Assembly: GCA_011109175.1 (NCBI GenBank)
Contig: RDEW01000022.1
Coordinates: 814,624 to 878,623, forward strand
DNA from: Dicyema japonicum
Taxonomy: Eukaryota > Animalia > Dicyemida
Direction of reading: 5' to 3'
Length of the DNA: 64,000 bases
Shown one piece after another: positions 13,226-26,489 of this stretch. Every line of letters begins with the position of its first letter. The stretch's first letter is position 1. The notes beneath the pieces are model-generated. The model saw only the letters and a program-made list of their open reading frames with translations, ran no database searches and had not been told where the DNA came from. The position numbers and the translations under genes are program-made.

Positions 13226-14345
13226 TTAAATTAGACATGAGGTTTTCCAAACTTTCTCTTGTTTCATTTTTAATACATGCTCAAATAGCCTCCACCGGGA
13301 ATCTACCACATCCTTGCTGATGTACGAACACATACACTTGTTGTAGATACCAGTAGTTGATATTCTACGTGGCCACTCCATTCCGAGTAAGCTTCTTAGT
13401 TGCCTTCTATGGAACGAATCCAGTTTCAATAGTTCGTTGAAGGAACTTCCCCATGTCCCAGCGTTGTACAGTAGTATCGGTTTCACAAACGCGTTGTAAA
13501 GCCTGCATCTGATGTCAATACCAAGTTTTTTGGCTCTTAGTCATCCTTTCCTCAGTTTAGCCATTGCCGCACTTGTCAGTGTTTTCCTCCTTAGTACATT
13601 TTCAGCTTCTCCTAGTAGAGAGCCGAGCTTATTAGTACATCTCCATCTTTCATGTCTATGTCTCCTATATAGCATTTACGGAGGCTGCGGAGTGCAGATT
13701 CAGAGTATATGGTGAATAGTAAAGGAGAGAAGGAATCACCCTGGAGTGTCCCAATCGTTGTTTTGAAAATGCGGGAAGTTGCTCCTCACAGATAGTTTTG
13801 TGTTCGCAAGTAGTAGTCTGATTATCCTAACCGACAATTCATCCAATATTTGCTCAAGCACATTCATCAGTTTCTGTCTGTTTATTGAGTCAAAAACTCT
13901 GGAGAGATCTATTCTCAACACGCTCGTTGTGCTCTTGAATCTTTGGTGAGTTGCACAACGCCATCTATGGCTCCATACAATGTCTGCCATAGACTTCCTT
14001 TCTCGGAACCCACTTTGACTTGCTGGTAGGTCAAAGTCGGCCACACCCTTTATCCGGCTTAGTGCAATGTTTACCAGCACCTTGCTTATCGAGTTCAGAA
14101 GTATGATCGGACGGAGATTTTATACTGGTCCTTTTTCTTTGTTCGGTTTTTGTATGAGGATTAATAATCCATTTCCAAGTCCTAGATCGGTATTAGTTTC
14201 AAAGATGGCATTTAGGGTTTTTGCAATTGTGTCGTTAAGTTTTTTGGCCCATATTTTAAGAGCTCAGGGCTTATGTTGTCTGGCCCAGCACTCTTGTTGT
14301 TCTTGAGTTTATTTAGCGCTAATTCCACTTCTTCCACTGTGATTT
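13226..14345 (-). mobile_element. RTE-clade LINE RT region
   Basis: KLKNNKSAGPDNI, LPASQSGFR, IDLSRVFDSINR and KLDSFHRRQLRSLLGMEWP. Confidence 0.85.
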
Positions 14346-14349
14346 TTTT

Positions 14350-15365
14350 ACCCCAAGATCTCCGGATTAGAAAAAGTTAAAAGTTAACTACTAACTAAGT
14401 GATCCCGGTTTTCCGGGTTCTGGCTCTCGTTCGTGGTCCTCGAAGATCCAACAGAATTGGTAGAAACGGAGACGGTCTTATTCACCATAGATTCCCCGCA
14501 TTTTCTAGATAGTCAGATATAGAGAGTGAAAGCGGACACCCGGTTTTCATTGCCCACTGTAGAAATGACTTCACTCTCCACCTTAGATGTTCTTTAACAT
14601 TCAATACGTTATTCACAGTTTTCTTATTAATTATTTTCAAGGCAGCAAGTTGTGCGGCTTCTAATTTTTGAGACGACGATTCAGAAATCATCGAGCTCCA
14701 GGAAGGACATGTGTATTCGATTACTGGCAGTATGTATTGTCTGTAAATTTTCTGTAGTAAGAAGGTGTTGCGCCCGATTGGTGATCGGGACAAAATTTTC
14801 AATATGTTGGCCCCCCTGACCTTGGTAATAACGTCATTGACGTGTTGGCCGAATGTCAGGAGAGTATCCAACTTTAATCCTAGTATTGTTGGAGACTTAT
14901 TCATAGGAATTTCATATCCAAACAATTTGATTTTAGGAGAGTATAATGATCTTCTATATGTAGAGAAAATTGTTATAAACGACTTTCCTGTAGAAACTCC
15001 CAGTCGATTTGAAATGAGCCAATGTTCCAACATGCCATTATAACTTTGAAGTTTCATCCCTTCTTACTCATAGTTAGAGTCTCTCGTCGCATGAGAGTAT
15101 CAATGTATCGGGATCGTCATTGATGGGAAGGTCATTGGTGTACAGGTTGAAGAGCAGGGGAGAGAGGTGAACCTTGAGGGACACCATTCGGCAATAAACG
15201 GGATTTAGATTTTCTGTTGTCTGACATCACTTGTCTTCTTCTTTCATTTAAAAAGTTCGACAGCCATCTTTTAATGTTTGGATTTATAAGAGTGTCAGAA
15301 ATTTTCTCTATAAGCAGCGTCCTGGACACGGAGTCGAATGCTTTCTTCAAGTCTATTGAAGTCAT
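14350..15365 (-). mobile_element. I/Jockey-like LINE 3' half (ends RKTGIT*)
   Basis: IDLKKAFDSV, GVPQGSPLSP and ILGLKLDTLLTF. GGG ATC ACT TAG at 14395-14406, then the conserved tail. Confidence 0.85.
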
Positions 15366-15374
15366 TATGGTCCT

Positions 15375-15690
15375 NTCCGAGATATACGACTATACAATGT
15401 GTGATGAATAGCAAATCCAAGTCCATAGTGACGACACGTTGTTGGAAGAATAATCAAATGATAATTTCCCACCCGCATGCATGTGTTGTCAGTTATTTTT
15501 GTTTCCTGTAGGCAGCATACTGTAACATTATAGTGATCCAAATCACGTGACAGCTGAAGCTTCTTGTATGTTGGATTGAGTCTTCTTACATTCAGGGTAC
15601 CCACAGAAAAAAGGCAGTTAGATATTAGACGTGAGAAAGACATATGTGCTATAGAGGCACGTCACCACCTCAACCAATAAGAAGTTTGGC
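15375..15690 (-). mobile_element. RTE-clade LINE 5' end / APE endonuclease start
   Basis: VGTLNVRRL...VCCLQETK...HYGLGFAI (APE motifs). Confidence 0.75.
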
Positions 15691-15699
15691 TTCCGAATT

Positions 15700-16620
15700 A
15701 GCAGAATTATGGATTTCTTTTATATAGAAGGTATCATTTTATTGTTCACAGATAGAATATAAACGAATGATAGGAATTGTGAGAAAGACATATGTGCTAT
15801 AGAGGGAAGTTTGGCTTCCGAATTAGCAGAATTATGGATTTCTTTTATATAGAAGGTATCATTTTATTGTTCACAGATAGAGTATAAACGAATGATAGGA
15901 ATTCGGTTGCTTTTACACCAAGGTGTTTCAGTTCCATCATCGAGACATTGTCAGCACTTTGGGAACGGGAGTTTTTGGCATCCATGATTCCGTTTCGAAC
16001 TTCTTGCGGAGTAAAGACTATCAAATCATATGATGGATATAACTTCTTCTTATAGACTTTGTGTTCCCTCGAGTATTTTTTATGACTGATTGCGACATAG
16101 TGCTTCATTAAAATATTTGGGTCAATGTAGCTATATCCCTGTCCGTAGAAAGCTTTCTCAGAGCCTTCATTGCAACGTCTCAAATATTTAATTTTCCTCC
16201 ATATCAGCGTCTCGGATGTATTTGGCAATAGAGAATCAATAAGTGATGTCCATCGCTTCTTGAGTCTAGATTGGGGTAACTTGTTTAATTTGTATATTTA
16301 AGGTTTTCATTTTTTGGAAATCGTCATTTGATAATTCCTTTTGCCTCTTTAATTTATTTCTTTCTCTGAAAGTGTTTTTGTATGCATATTATAATAGGTA
16401 TTCCTTGTTTGATGGCATTGGAATAAATAGTTTTATTGTTTGGATAATAATGTCCCTGAAAGTTTTGATCATGTGGTCAATTGACGAGAATACCAATGTG
16501 TAAAATACTTCCATATTGGTGTCGATGTAATTAGAGAAGTTGGACCAATCCGAGCTTTCAAAATTTAAAAATTGGAATTCTGTCTGATAAATTTATTTTC
16601 AGTGTTGATTTTCATCATAA
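15700..16620 (-). mobile_element. LINE ORF2 endonuclease-to-RT linker fragment
   Basis: LIWRKIK...FTPQEVRNGIMDAKNSRSQSADNVSMMELKHLG is homologous to the linker in 12623-13250. Confidence 0.6.
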
Positions 16621-16659
16621 TAGGGTTGTGATCACTTCTTAGTTAATATTTTACAGTCC

Positions 16660-17985
16660 AGTTGATGAGGGGAGACATTGATGGAGAACATAAGGAGAGG
16701 TCAGCTATGGAGGAAAATTAAATATTATTTTGCCTCAAAACTTTCATGCAAAAACCAAGTGGACTCAATTCTTTCAAAGCTTCCATCTCGGAAACTGTCC
16801 AATGACTTGGTTGAATACATGGACGTGTGGAGCAGTGAAGGGCTTAGCGAGCCGCGTAATCCAGACCAACAATCGTCTTGGATGATCCATAGATGGAATG
16901 CTCTGGCATCCAACCTAGTCAGCCGGCTCTCTGGACATCGCCTGGACTGTTTCCAAAATTCGAGGGAGGCGGTTGATAGATCTTGGCTTGGGGTTTACCC
17001 ATGTCAAGAAGTTGGTGGATTGTTGGATGATGACTCCCTTCGTACAGCTGTATGTCTACACCTCGGATTGCCTGTTTGCACCAAATCGAAGTGCAAATGT
17101 GGCTGTCTATCGGACGAACTTGGTCTTCACCTCCTCTCATGCCGGATGGAATTGGCAGATCTTCTAGACATTCGGCAATGAACGGCATCATTAAGAGGAN
17201 NNNNNNNNNNNNNNNNNNNNNNNNNNNNNNNNNNNNNNNNNNNNNNNNNNNNNNNNNNNNNNNNNNNNNNNNNNNNNNNNNNNNNNNNNNNNNNNNNNNN
17301 NNNNNNNNNNNNNNNNNNNNNNNNNNNNNNNNNNNNNNNNNNNTCGGATTGCCTGTTTGCACCAAATCGAAGTGCAAATGTGGCTGTCTATCGGACGAAC
17401 TTGGTCTCCACCTCCTCTCATGCCGGATGGAATTGGCAGATCTTCTCGACATTCGGCAATGAACGGCATCATTAAGATTACATTAGAATCGGCTGGATTC
17501 CGTTGCCGGATCGAACCGACTGGTCTATTTGACAACGGAAGACGCCCTGACGGCATGACCTCCTTTCCTTTCGAGCGAGGGCGAAACCTTGTATGGGATG
17601 TGACCTGTGTCTGCTCTTTCGCCCCAAGCAAAAAAAATAATTCACCGGGCAGACCTTCTTCTCAAGCAGAGGAAATGAAAAATGCTAAGTATTCGGATAT
17701 CAGCGACAGGTACATTTTCGCACCTGTCGCGATTGAAACTTCGGGGAACTTTGGCCCTAAAACGCTGAAGTTCCTGAATCATCTTGGAAAACTACTATCC
17801 GACAAAACTGGTGATTTTCGTGAGACGAGATGGCTCAAGGAGAGGCTCTCGTTGGCTGTTGTCCGTGGGAATAGCTTATGCATCTCCCAACAGCTGAATA
17901 ATTAAAATTAACTATTCTTTTTCCTTATAATAAAATAAATATTTCTTGTCAAAAAAATTAAAAAAAAATTAAAAAAAAAATATTT
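16660..17985 (+). mobile_element. CRE-clade non-LTR retrotransposon 3' part (zinc knuckle plus RLE), with N gap and duplication
   Basis: CKCGC..D..GLHLLSC, RH..MNGII...EPTGL.DNGRRPDGMT.FPF..GRNLVWDVTC, KY..F.PVAIETSG and ERLSLAVVRGN, followed by an A-rich tail. Confidence 0.85.
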
Positions 17986-18079
17986 ATGCCAATTAGTTCC
18001 AAAGGGTCATCTTCTGGATAGAGTTTTCGGATTTTGTTTGAAATATCTTCATATTGAATTCCATTTCTTATTAGTGTCA

Positions 18080-18400
18080 TTAGTCCTCCACCAAGCTTAA
18101 TCTTTCTGTTTTTACGGATAACGGAGTATCTGGGAAAGGTTGGGGTTCGTTTGTCTCTTGGACTAGAGGAATGTCAATTTCATTACTATTGAGTAAATGG
18201 CGGACTTCCAGCACCTTGTTTCGTACTCCGTTAATATTGATCTGAACCAGGTTGATTTCAGGGTCTGGGTCGGATTCGACGCACCACAAAAAATTAGAGC
18301 GTACCTGGAAAACCATCCCCCTTCATGGATAGGGAAAGTGTAATAACACCACCATACAGGTGAACCACGCGGCATTTTTTTCCACTGTGATTGGAATCTT
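18080..18400 (-). mobile_element. LINE APE endonuclease fragment
   Basis: INLVQININGVRNKVLE...DIPLVQET. Confidence 0.7.
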
Positions 18401-18839
18401 TAGTGCCCTTGATTCTCCCTGGAAAGGGGGAAGTCCTTATTTTCTGTATTCAACAGTATTTCAAAGTGTCGTGCAATCAATTCTGCTTTTTCTTCCAGGT
18501 TACCCACGGATTATCCATCTTTGTCTTTGATGTGAAGAGCGTTTTGTCCTTTCTTTGTCCACAGAAGTTGCAAACATCCTTGAATTNACCACGCGGCATT
18601 TTTTTCCACTGTGATTGGAATCTTTAGTGCCCTTGATTCTCCCTGAAAAGGGGGAAGTCCTTATTTTCTGTATTCAACAGTACTTCAAAGTGTCGTGCAA
18701 TCAATTCTGCTTTTTCTTCCAGGTTACCCACGGATTATCCATCTTTGTCTTTGATGTGAAGAGCGTTTTGTCCTTTCTTTGTCCACAGAAGTTGCAAACA
18801 TCCTTGAATTGTCCTTTAGGACCATTACACATCTTTTAA

Positions 18840-19330
18840 TAGGGATGTAATAATCTCACGTGAGTGTTTTCTGATCATTTATTTGATTTTCCATTTTAGT
18901 TCCATTTGTTGGATTTTGAGCTTTTTTTATACTCTTGTCTGACGTGTTTGCTTATTACTCGTCCACAGTGTGATGCATAGCCATTCATGACAGTTAATAG
19001 ACTCTTGGACTGGCATAAATAATTTAGTTTGACTTGTAGGACACATATTCGGTCGTTAACTCTTTAATAGCGATGTAGTTTTTTGAGGTAATCCACGTGT
19101 AGGGCAAATCCCATGCCGTAGTGCTTGCAATCAGTAGTGAAGAAAATCAGTCGGTAGTTGTTCCATGTCTCATCGCGTCCATTTTCGATTTTCGTCTATT
19201 GTAGGCAGCCAATAGATATTTTGTATTTCTCGAGATCGTCACAAAGTATTTTCCTTGTCCAATCTTTCGATATTCAACGTACGTTGAACGTCATTAGCCT
19301 GAGTTCTCGATTGTATAATGAGTGTTTTTT
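18840..19330 (-). mobile_element. RTE-type APE endonuclease fragment
   Basis: Minus-strand KHYGMGFALH...RVNDRICVLQV is homologous to 15375-15643. Confidence 0.6.
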
Positions 19331-19446
19331 AAACATTTTTCTCAACTGTTATCCAATTAAGTAACAAGGTTCGTCGCCAACTCACCAAAGAATGGTTAAT
19401 TTGTGAAATTAAAATAAAATTTAAAATAAAATAAAATTGAATTTAA

Positions 19447-20866
19447 ATGAACGTATGTGTTCGTTCCCAGAGATCACTACTTTGTCAGATCAGACGAATA
19501 TCGCTAAATATAAGTGATAGTGATGCCGAAGTTTTGAACAAGTATCCTTCAGTGAGATGCCCAATCGACAATCCTGTACTTTGTATGAATAATCAAAGGG
19601 TCAGCACTGCCAGGATCACCTCGGTATGTTCTACTCCATAACAAACCAAAATGCCCTCAAAATAATGCCCAGTGGGATTCACAAATATTATCTCGAATAT
19701 GTTTGACTTGTAAGTGACTAAAGGCTACTACCTTCAAGGAGTTGCCGATAATGATCAGGTCACCAGCTCTCGAAGTCATAGACCGTCTAAAGACTATTTC
19801 TCCACGTGCACCTCCAATAAAATTCATATTTTGTGATTGATACCTCTTTACATTAGACGGACAGAACGGATGTGGGAAGACAATGTCAATGACCCACGTG
19901 CTCCACTATTGTCTTCAAAATGACTGGATTGTAGTCCACGTGAATAAGCGTACTAAGTTTTCTCACTCTCAGCTCTCAGTTGGCTGTACACTTACAAGTC
20001 TCTGACTGCGATGGAATGTGACCCAACTACCATAGTTCAACCAACGGAGGCCTCAAAATGGCTGGAACACTTCAAAGCTCAGAATGAGGACACAATCCGT
20101 CGTTTGGATGTATTCTATTAACATTAACGCTCAGGTTCGTACAACGGAGACACACGTGTGGAGTAGAAGGGAAGAAACTCCAAAAGGTTCCTCACTCATG
20201 GATATTGTCGATCAGGTGGGAACTTTAACCACAAAGTAGGGAATCAATCGTTCTATACACGCATGCGACTCTGTTAAAGTCCTCCTGGGTGAACTGAGAG
20301 ATCAGGCTGGAGACAAGTTTGATTTGAGGATCATTGGTAGTCTCAAAGTACTGACTGCGATTGATGGGGTCAATGCCTTCTGGGATTGTAGAGATGGAAC
20401 TATTCACAGAAGGAAATACTGGAAGGTTAGGGGAGACTGACTATTTCAGAGGGATCCGAATCATTTTGTGCTGATCAAACACTTTAAAGAGTTTATAACA
20501 ACTCTTAAGGTTAACTTTTCATTGAGTTCAGTTTGGGATGACCTTCATTTTTACAGTGGACCCAATAACTCCCACTAGAATGACTAACTTCCTTCCAAAG
20601 TCTCTCCTTACAGATAAAGTTATCAATCATTAACTTTTAAGGGATTCTCTGACCTTGATCCCTTCATTCCAGTTGAGGTCCCGACATACTCTCGTCATGA
20701 GATCACAAATTGTTGGTTGTTTCTGGTAAGATCTGGTTGGATAATGAACACTGCCTGTTTGTGTGTGTTTTTACTTGTAGTTCATAGTACTGATGGTCTG
20801 GAGGAAATGATTTTTACGAGCGGTTCCAATCCCTTCCACTTCTTCATTAACAGCTGTTCTCTTTAA
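19447..20866 (+). CDS. DAP3: 28S ribosomal protein S29, mitochondrial (death-associated protein 3)
   Basis: Spliced translation YGQNGCGKTMSMTHVLHYCLQNDW (P-loop), QPTEASKWLEHFK, HVWSRREETPKGS, VLTAIDGVNAFW and GFSDLDPFIPVEV. About 10 introns of 22-25 nt (e.g. 19576-19598). TAA at 20864-20866. Confidence 0.95.
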
Positions 20867-21049
20867 CTTAACGATTTATATATTTGATTATATTTAGCCA
20901 TTAATAACCTTCGATAAGATTGCCTGTCTGAGTCTCCGATATGGCTGTGGATATGGGAATCCACTATATTCATATGTATTACGATGTGAAAATGAGCAAT
21001 CTTCTCATAGACACAAACGCTTCAGGGTTATGTAAATAAAAAATAAAGT

Positions 21050-21680
21050 ATTAAGTTTAGTTAGCTTACAAAGCCAAGATATAGTCGGCATTCTTTCCAT
21101 TCAATTACCACTATGAGGAATCGTCGGAGTTTCCGAATCACTAGCATTTTTGATATCAGGAGTGACTTTTTTACAGTTTCAACCATTTAACTTGAAATGG
21201 TAGAACCAATTTACTAATATTCCACGCTTATTAAATTCTAAAGATGACCCAAAAATATGTTTATGACTATATTATGATTTATATGCCAGTAATCTTCTGG
21301 GGGTAATTTATATTAGGACAAACCACCTCAACAAATGTAAAGGAATTTTTGATAGGCAACACCAAAAATATAATGATTCTTGAAGTTGTTAAAAAATAGA
21401 TCCTTTACCCACAAATATGAGAACCGTTTCAATAATATTATGAGCACCTTCATAATACTTTTCATTTGCTGTCAATCTTTTCTGGCCAGTGATCTCAATA
21501 ATTTTAGGTCATCCTCCAAATCTTTCTTCAGATAATTTTGTAAAAGGATCGGTGAAGCTTGGTTGTCCACAAAAACACACCTATTGCAAACATAACAGCC
21601 TTCAGTAATACTCAACGAAAAGTAAATCTCAAAACTACATATTTTGTCTTTATTTTAAGTAACTACGAGTATGAGAGAGG
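21050..21680 (-). CDS. Possible uncharacterised multi-exon gene
   Basis: Coding-like stretches (IIEITGQKRLTANEKYYEGAHNIIETV) separated by candidate tiny introns. Model not resolved. Confidence 0.25.
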
Positions 21681-21735
21681 ACCTATCACATAACAAATAA
21701 TAGTAAAAGCAAATAATATATTATTCTGCAAACAA

Positions 21736-22591
21736 TCACTCATTAAACCGTGGCATCTCCCCGGGAATGAACGAAAAGATAAAAAGGACAACCAAATCGA
21801 CAATTCTTCTATACAAAGGCACTGCCAATTCCTCCCTAACCTCTTCTTCCTGGTTCTGTTCCACTACCTCCTCTCTCCTCTGTTGAAATTCACGGTACTT
21901 TCCCAGTAAGCTACAATCAACATCCAACTCCAACTATGCAAACAAATAAAAGACGATGAGGGCACCGATCAACTCAATGGCCTTGTTGAAAGGCACAATC
22001 AACAAAATAATCAGAATCTTCAAAGCGAAGAGGCCGACCATCCTCACAAACTGATCCAACGTGAAGGGAAACATCCTTTGGATGATTCTCTTGATATCCC
22101 CCATCATTTTCTGAGTCTCAGAGTAATCCTTCAATCTGAAATCTCGTAATCAAAGAAAACATCTTTTTCTGATCTTTCACAAATTGCTGCCACAAAATGA
22201 CCTGTCCTAATCCATATTGAAGTTGGAGTCTGGCAAGTTTGAGGTAAAATTCGTCATTTGTTGGGTCACTGGGGAAGAAGACCAATGGAATACTTATTTT
22301 GATCCTCTGGAAAGAAGGGAGCCGCAAAATGATGGGAGGAGATAACCAAAAAGAGTCTAAGTTCCTCCGCTTGTGAGATTTGGTTGACTTTTTCGTCGTC
22401 TCTGAGGCATCTCCCATTATAAACGAGATTTTGTAATTTGTCAACCTGAAATTACTTATTCCTTTAAATACGGGTCTAAAGATGTGCTTGCATTGAATCT
22501 GTGATTTCAAATCGAGTACAGTGCAGTCTGAGACACAGTTGATCACTATTGAAGATTCAGAGTCAGAGACATCACTAACAACAACACGCAT
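21736..22591 (-). CDS. HERPUD: HERPUD-like ER membrane protein with N-terminal ubiquitin-like domain
   Basis: UBL DCTVLDLKSQI...RP/VDKLQNLVYNGRCLRDDEKV, central TM segments, an acidic stretch, and C-terminal VLFIFSFIPGEMP resembling the HERP tail. Confidence 0.75.
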
Positions 22592-22617
22592 ATACGTAAT
22601 ATATTATTTAAATATTT

Positions 22618-23400
22618 TTAAATTAGTGCTGATTTATTGATATTATTGTAAGGGATCATTAGAGATGCTGTGGGTTTGACATCCACATGACTACCTACGT
22701 GGTCGAAGGATTTTTCGGTCTTTGTCTTGCTCAATTCATAAGATCCACCTGACTTTGGAGGGTATTTAAAAGGATTCATCTCTTCCCTAAAAGTTTCCAC
22801 AATGGCGGATCTGGATGAATATGATGCTTTAAAGGATGCGTCCTAGTCCGACCATGAGAACTGAATATAAAAATCCTTCGACCAAATACCCTAATTGGAA
22901 ATTAATTAGCTCTTACCTCTTTATGGTATATCCGGGGTTATATCTTGTGGTCATACAAAGTAATTGTTGGACACTAAAAGAAGTCATTCAGCTTGACACT
23001 AAGCTCCCCTATACGCCAAATATACCAACTAGTTGGGGGACATCTGCTCTATTCGATCGTTTTAGACAATTTGGCTCGTCAATGAGATGCTACCTAGCCA
23101 TTGAGTCCATAACTCAGGAAGTTGAGCTTAGTAACCTTGTGGAGCATCTGAATTATGAGTAAATTAAATTAAAATTATTCCAAAGACTAAGGGTAACCAA
23201 ACTAACGAACTCCTTGATCCTGACTCGTTACAGCGTTCCAGAACTTGTCTCCAGGTAACGACATTGTCCCTGAGGAAAGAATAGTTGGATCCTCTTGATA
23301 CTGGCCACGCATTGGGAGTCTCTTCAGTAAGGTGGATCCAATGACGCCATCGAAAGGAAGAAAAATAATTTTTGATTAACCAGCCACATAGCACCACATG
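22618..23400 (-). CDS. Uncharacterised multi-exon gene, divergent from SERP1
   Basis: ATG at 23400, several open exons and clear tiny introns (e.g. gtaagagctaattaatttccaattag). Product not identified. Confidence 0.4.
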
Positions 23401-23523
23401 GCGCCAAACTGAAAATTTTAGTTTTTTATTTAATTTAATTATATCTAAACAGTTATTATCTTTTTTAATAATAAATTCGTTTTAAATTTCGTTGCGTGTA
23501 TTTTTTTTTGTTGGTTCTGATTA

Positions 23524-23741
23524 ATGGTTTCTAAAAAGTCAAGAAATTTCATTGCAAACGCAGTTAATAGGAAACTAAGCAAGGGCGATCAAAAGAAAAC
23601 TTTGAAGACATATAAAGGAAAGAAAAAAGAAGATAAACAAAACCCCTACCTAATCGCATTATTTTTATTCGTATTGGTCGGCTCAGGTACTGGTGTTTCT
23701 CATTCCTAGCTATCGTTGGAGCCCTTCAATATTTTCTTTAA
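23524..23741 (+). CDS. SERP1: Stress-associated ER protein / RAMP4
   Basis: MVSKKSRNFIANAV...NPYLIALFLFVLVGS/AIVGALQYFL*, with a 23-nt intron at 23687-23709. Confidence 0.9.
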
Positions 23742-24229
23742 CATTAATTATTAAATATTTATTGATTTATGCTTAGATGTGTTTATTGTATTTATTGATC
23801 TTTAATTAACTGTGTCCTCTTGCTGATTTAGTTGCTGTCATCTAGATGAATGAATTTAGTCTTAAGGACCATGTGTAAAATATCAGTGATCGATAAGTAC
23901 AGAATCTCGGAAACTGCCTGCAGTACCATCAGTTTGGCTCATGTTCCTTCCTCGAGCACTTCCTTGAGCACAGATGTGGACTGAGAACTGCTTCGTGTGA
24001 TGGAGGAATTCTTCTGTTTCTAGAAATTAGGGTTTCCTTGTTGGTGAGAGACATTTCGTGGATTCACCATTCCGTTAATTTGTACGCACTGGTTTGCCAT
24101 AATTTATTTATAAGATTAAGTTAAGTAAATAGTATGATGTCTATATTGGTTATTGTGGTATTTAGTCCTAAGAATATGATTTTATTTATTTAGAACTTCG
24201 GGATCAGCGAGAAAAACAAAAAAACGTCA

Positions 24230-25930
24230 GACAGTTAGGTATTTCCACTTTTCCCCAAAAAAACGAGCCATCCAACGGCTGTGGTCTCCCATCGTTCCCA
24301 CTACCGTGCGAAAGAGCCTTCTCTCATCCCTTCAGAGGAATCCAATTGGGAAGGGGAATTTCCTAATCAATATACTTTCTTTTGCCTTGGAAAAGGACAG
24401 GCTAAGCGAGTATCCTAGATTATATGTGGGAAGATTTGTAATGTCTAGTCGATTCACCTTCAGGAGACTAGCAGCCAAGACTGCTTCCAGATTTTCTACG
24501 TCAATCTTGTCAAAATCCTTACTTCAAGTTGGAGTCGGAGTTCGTCTTGGATGTGAGGCAGCCGTTCACTCCGTCAAAACATCAGGAACCGCAGCATTCA
24601 AGACTTTAAAAGGCACATTATGGTAAAGCTGGACATCAAGAGCGCTTTTAATAGTTTAAGAAGAGACTGCATTCTGGAGGCCTGCAAAGAAAGATGTCCA
24701 TACATATTTGAACTGGTCAATTATTCATACGGAAAGCCTACATTTCTATTGCACGGGGATTTCATGGTTCCATCGTCCTCGGGTGCTCAACAGGGCGACC
24801 CCTCGGACCACTGATGTCCTCTCTCGGAATTGAGAGGATTACGAAGCTCTCTCGATGCCCACTCAACATCTGGTACCTCGATGACGCTGTCCTAGGAGGT
24901 CTCCCAGAGATGGTCTTCCAGGAGTTGGAAGTACTCATCCCCGCGTTGTCCAAGGTGGGTCTTGAATTGAATACAACGAAATGTGAAATAACAAACTGTG
25001 GTCTTGCTGACGATGACTTCTCTTCAATTGTTCCAAAATTATACTCCTTGTTTCCTGCTAGGATTTCGACCCCTGAAAACGAATTGATTTTTCTTGGAAT
25101 GCCACCAACTTCCCCCTGCCTCTTTCACAATACTGCCAGCGAAACCTGGACAATTTATTGTGCTGGAAATCATTTGGACTTTTACTGGAATCGGCCAATT
25201 AGCACCGACGCGCTTGTTTGCTTTCGGGGGCTTCCCCTGAGAGCGGAGCTTGGCTAAACGCCATCCCAAATGAAGCTCTGGGCACCTTTCTGGATAATGA
25301 ATGCGTTAGAAGTGGTATCTCTCTGCGGCTGGGACTGAAAGTATGTGTACCTCACCCGTGCCGATGTGGCATCCTGATAGACTGCTATGGCCTGCACTTT
25401 CTCGCCTGCAAGAGGAGCGCTGGCAGATCTCCAAGGCATAAGGCTCTGAATGAGATTTTCTAGCGGCTCTGCATGCTGCTGGATACTCGGCCATTCTTGA
25501 ACAAGTCGGGTTATGCAGAAGTGATGGGAAACGACTGGACCATATTTCCCTTCGAGGCAGGGAAACAACTTGTTTGGGACGTGACATGTACAGACACGTT
25601 CGCCCCGAACAATCTTCACGAGTACACTCCAAGGGCCTGCTCTGCAGCCGTCAAGGCGGAGAAGGCCGAACTCGAAAAAACGGGGACCTTCCCGATAATG
25701 TCCAATTTGTTTTCCTTGCTATGGAGACTTCCAGATCCTACTCCCCCTCTACACTAGAGTTTTTCGGACGTCTTGGAAACCGGATCACCTCATGCACTGG
25801 AGATCTCCGCGAACGCCACTGGCTGTTTGAGCGAATTTCGCTCGCAATTCTGAGAAAGAGCAGCCACGCAGTGAGGGCGGCAGTTAACTAATGTTTTGTC
25901 CTTATTTTTTATATAATTAATTAATTTAAT
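24230..25930 (+). mobile_element. Degenerate CRE-clade non-LTR retrotransposon (RT plus RLE)
   Basis: QVGVGVRLGCEAAVH, LDIKSAFNSLRR, GAQQGDP, WYLDD, SGAWLNAIP, CRCG..ID.YGLH.LAC and LVWDVTCTDT. Confidence 0.85.
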
Positions 25931-26489
25931 AGTTCAATAAAGCTTACAGACGTTTAGAGAGTGAGACCTATCATAATCAATACATCATAAGAGATACTAA
26001 AATATACTAACTGTGAGTTCCTCAATACCCCACGTGCAAAAACTACCAACTTAAAAAAAATAAATTATTGACTATCAAATCCTACCCTATAAAGCTTTGA
26101 ATCACTGAATTGACATATTAATCCATATTTTTCATTCTCTCGTCGAAGCTGCATTAAAGTTTCATGTAGAGAGTCAATAGAAAATATCATATGTCGTCAC
26201 TAAGTATCTCCCTCGACCAGGTCCTTGATATACTTTTAGCATTACATGCATTGAGCTTTATACGGGTACAATTGAGCGATATTGCAAGGACTTTGCTTAT
26301 GGACTATTGGAACTGGTCCCCAATCTATAAATAATTCAGATCATAAAGAACAAACCATGTTCCAGTCAATAAAATATCACATGAATACTTAGATCTACTG
26401 TACTCATCTATAACCTTTAAGAGACATGATTTCCTAGTTTATGAAGGTCAATTAAATCAAAATTCAATGTACATTATGACAGAATGTTA

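Noticed and set aside
23830-24103. Possible small minus-strand gene (MANQCVQING...)
   Set aside because: No consistent spliced frame or homology could be established by eye.
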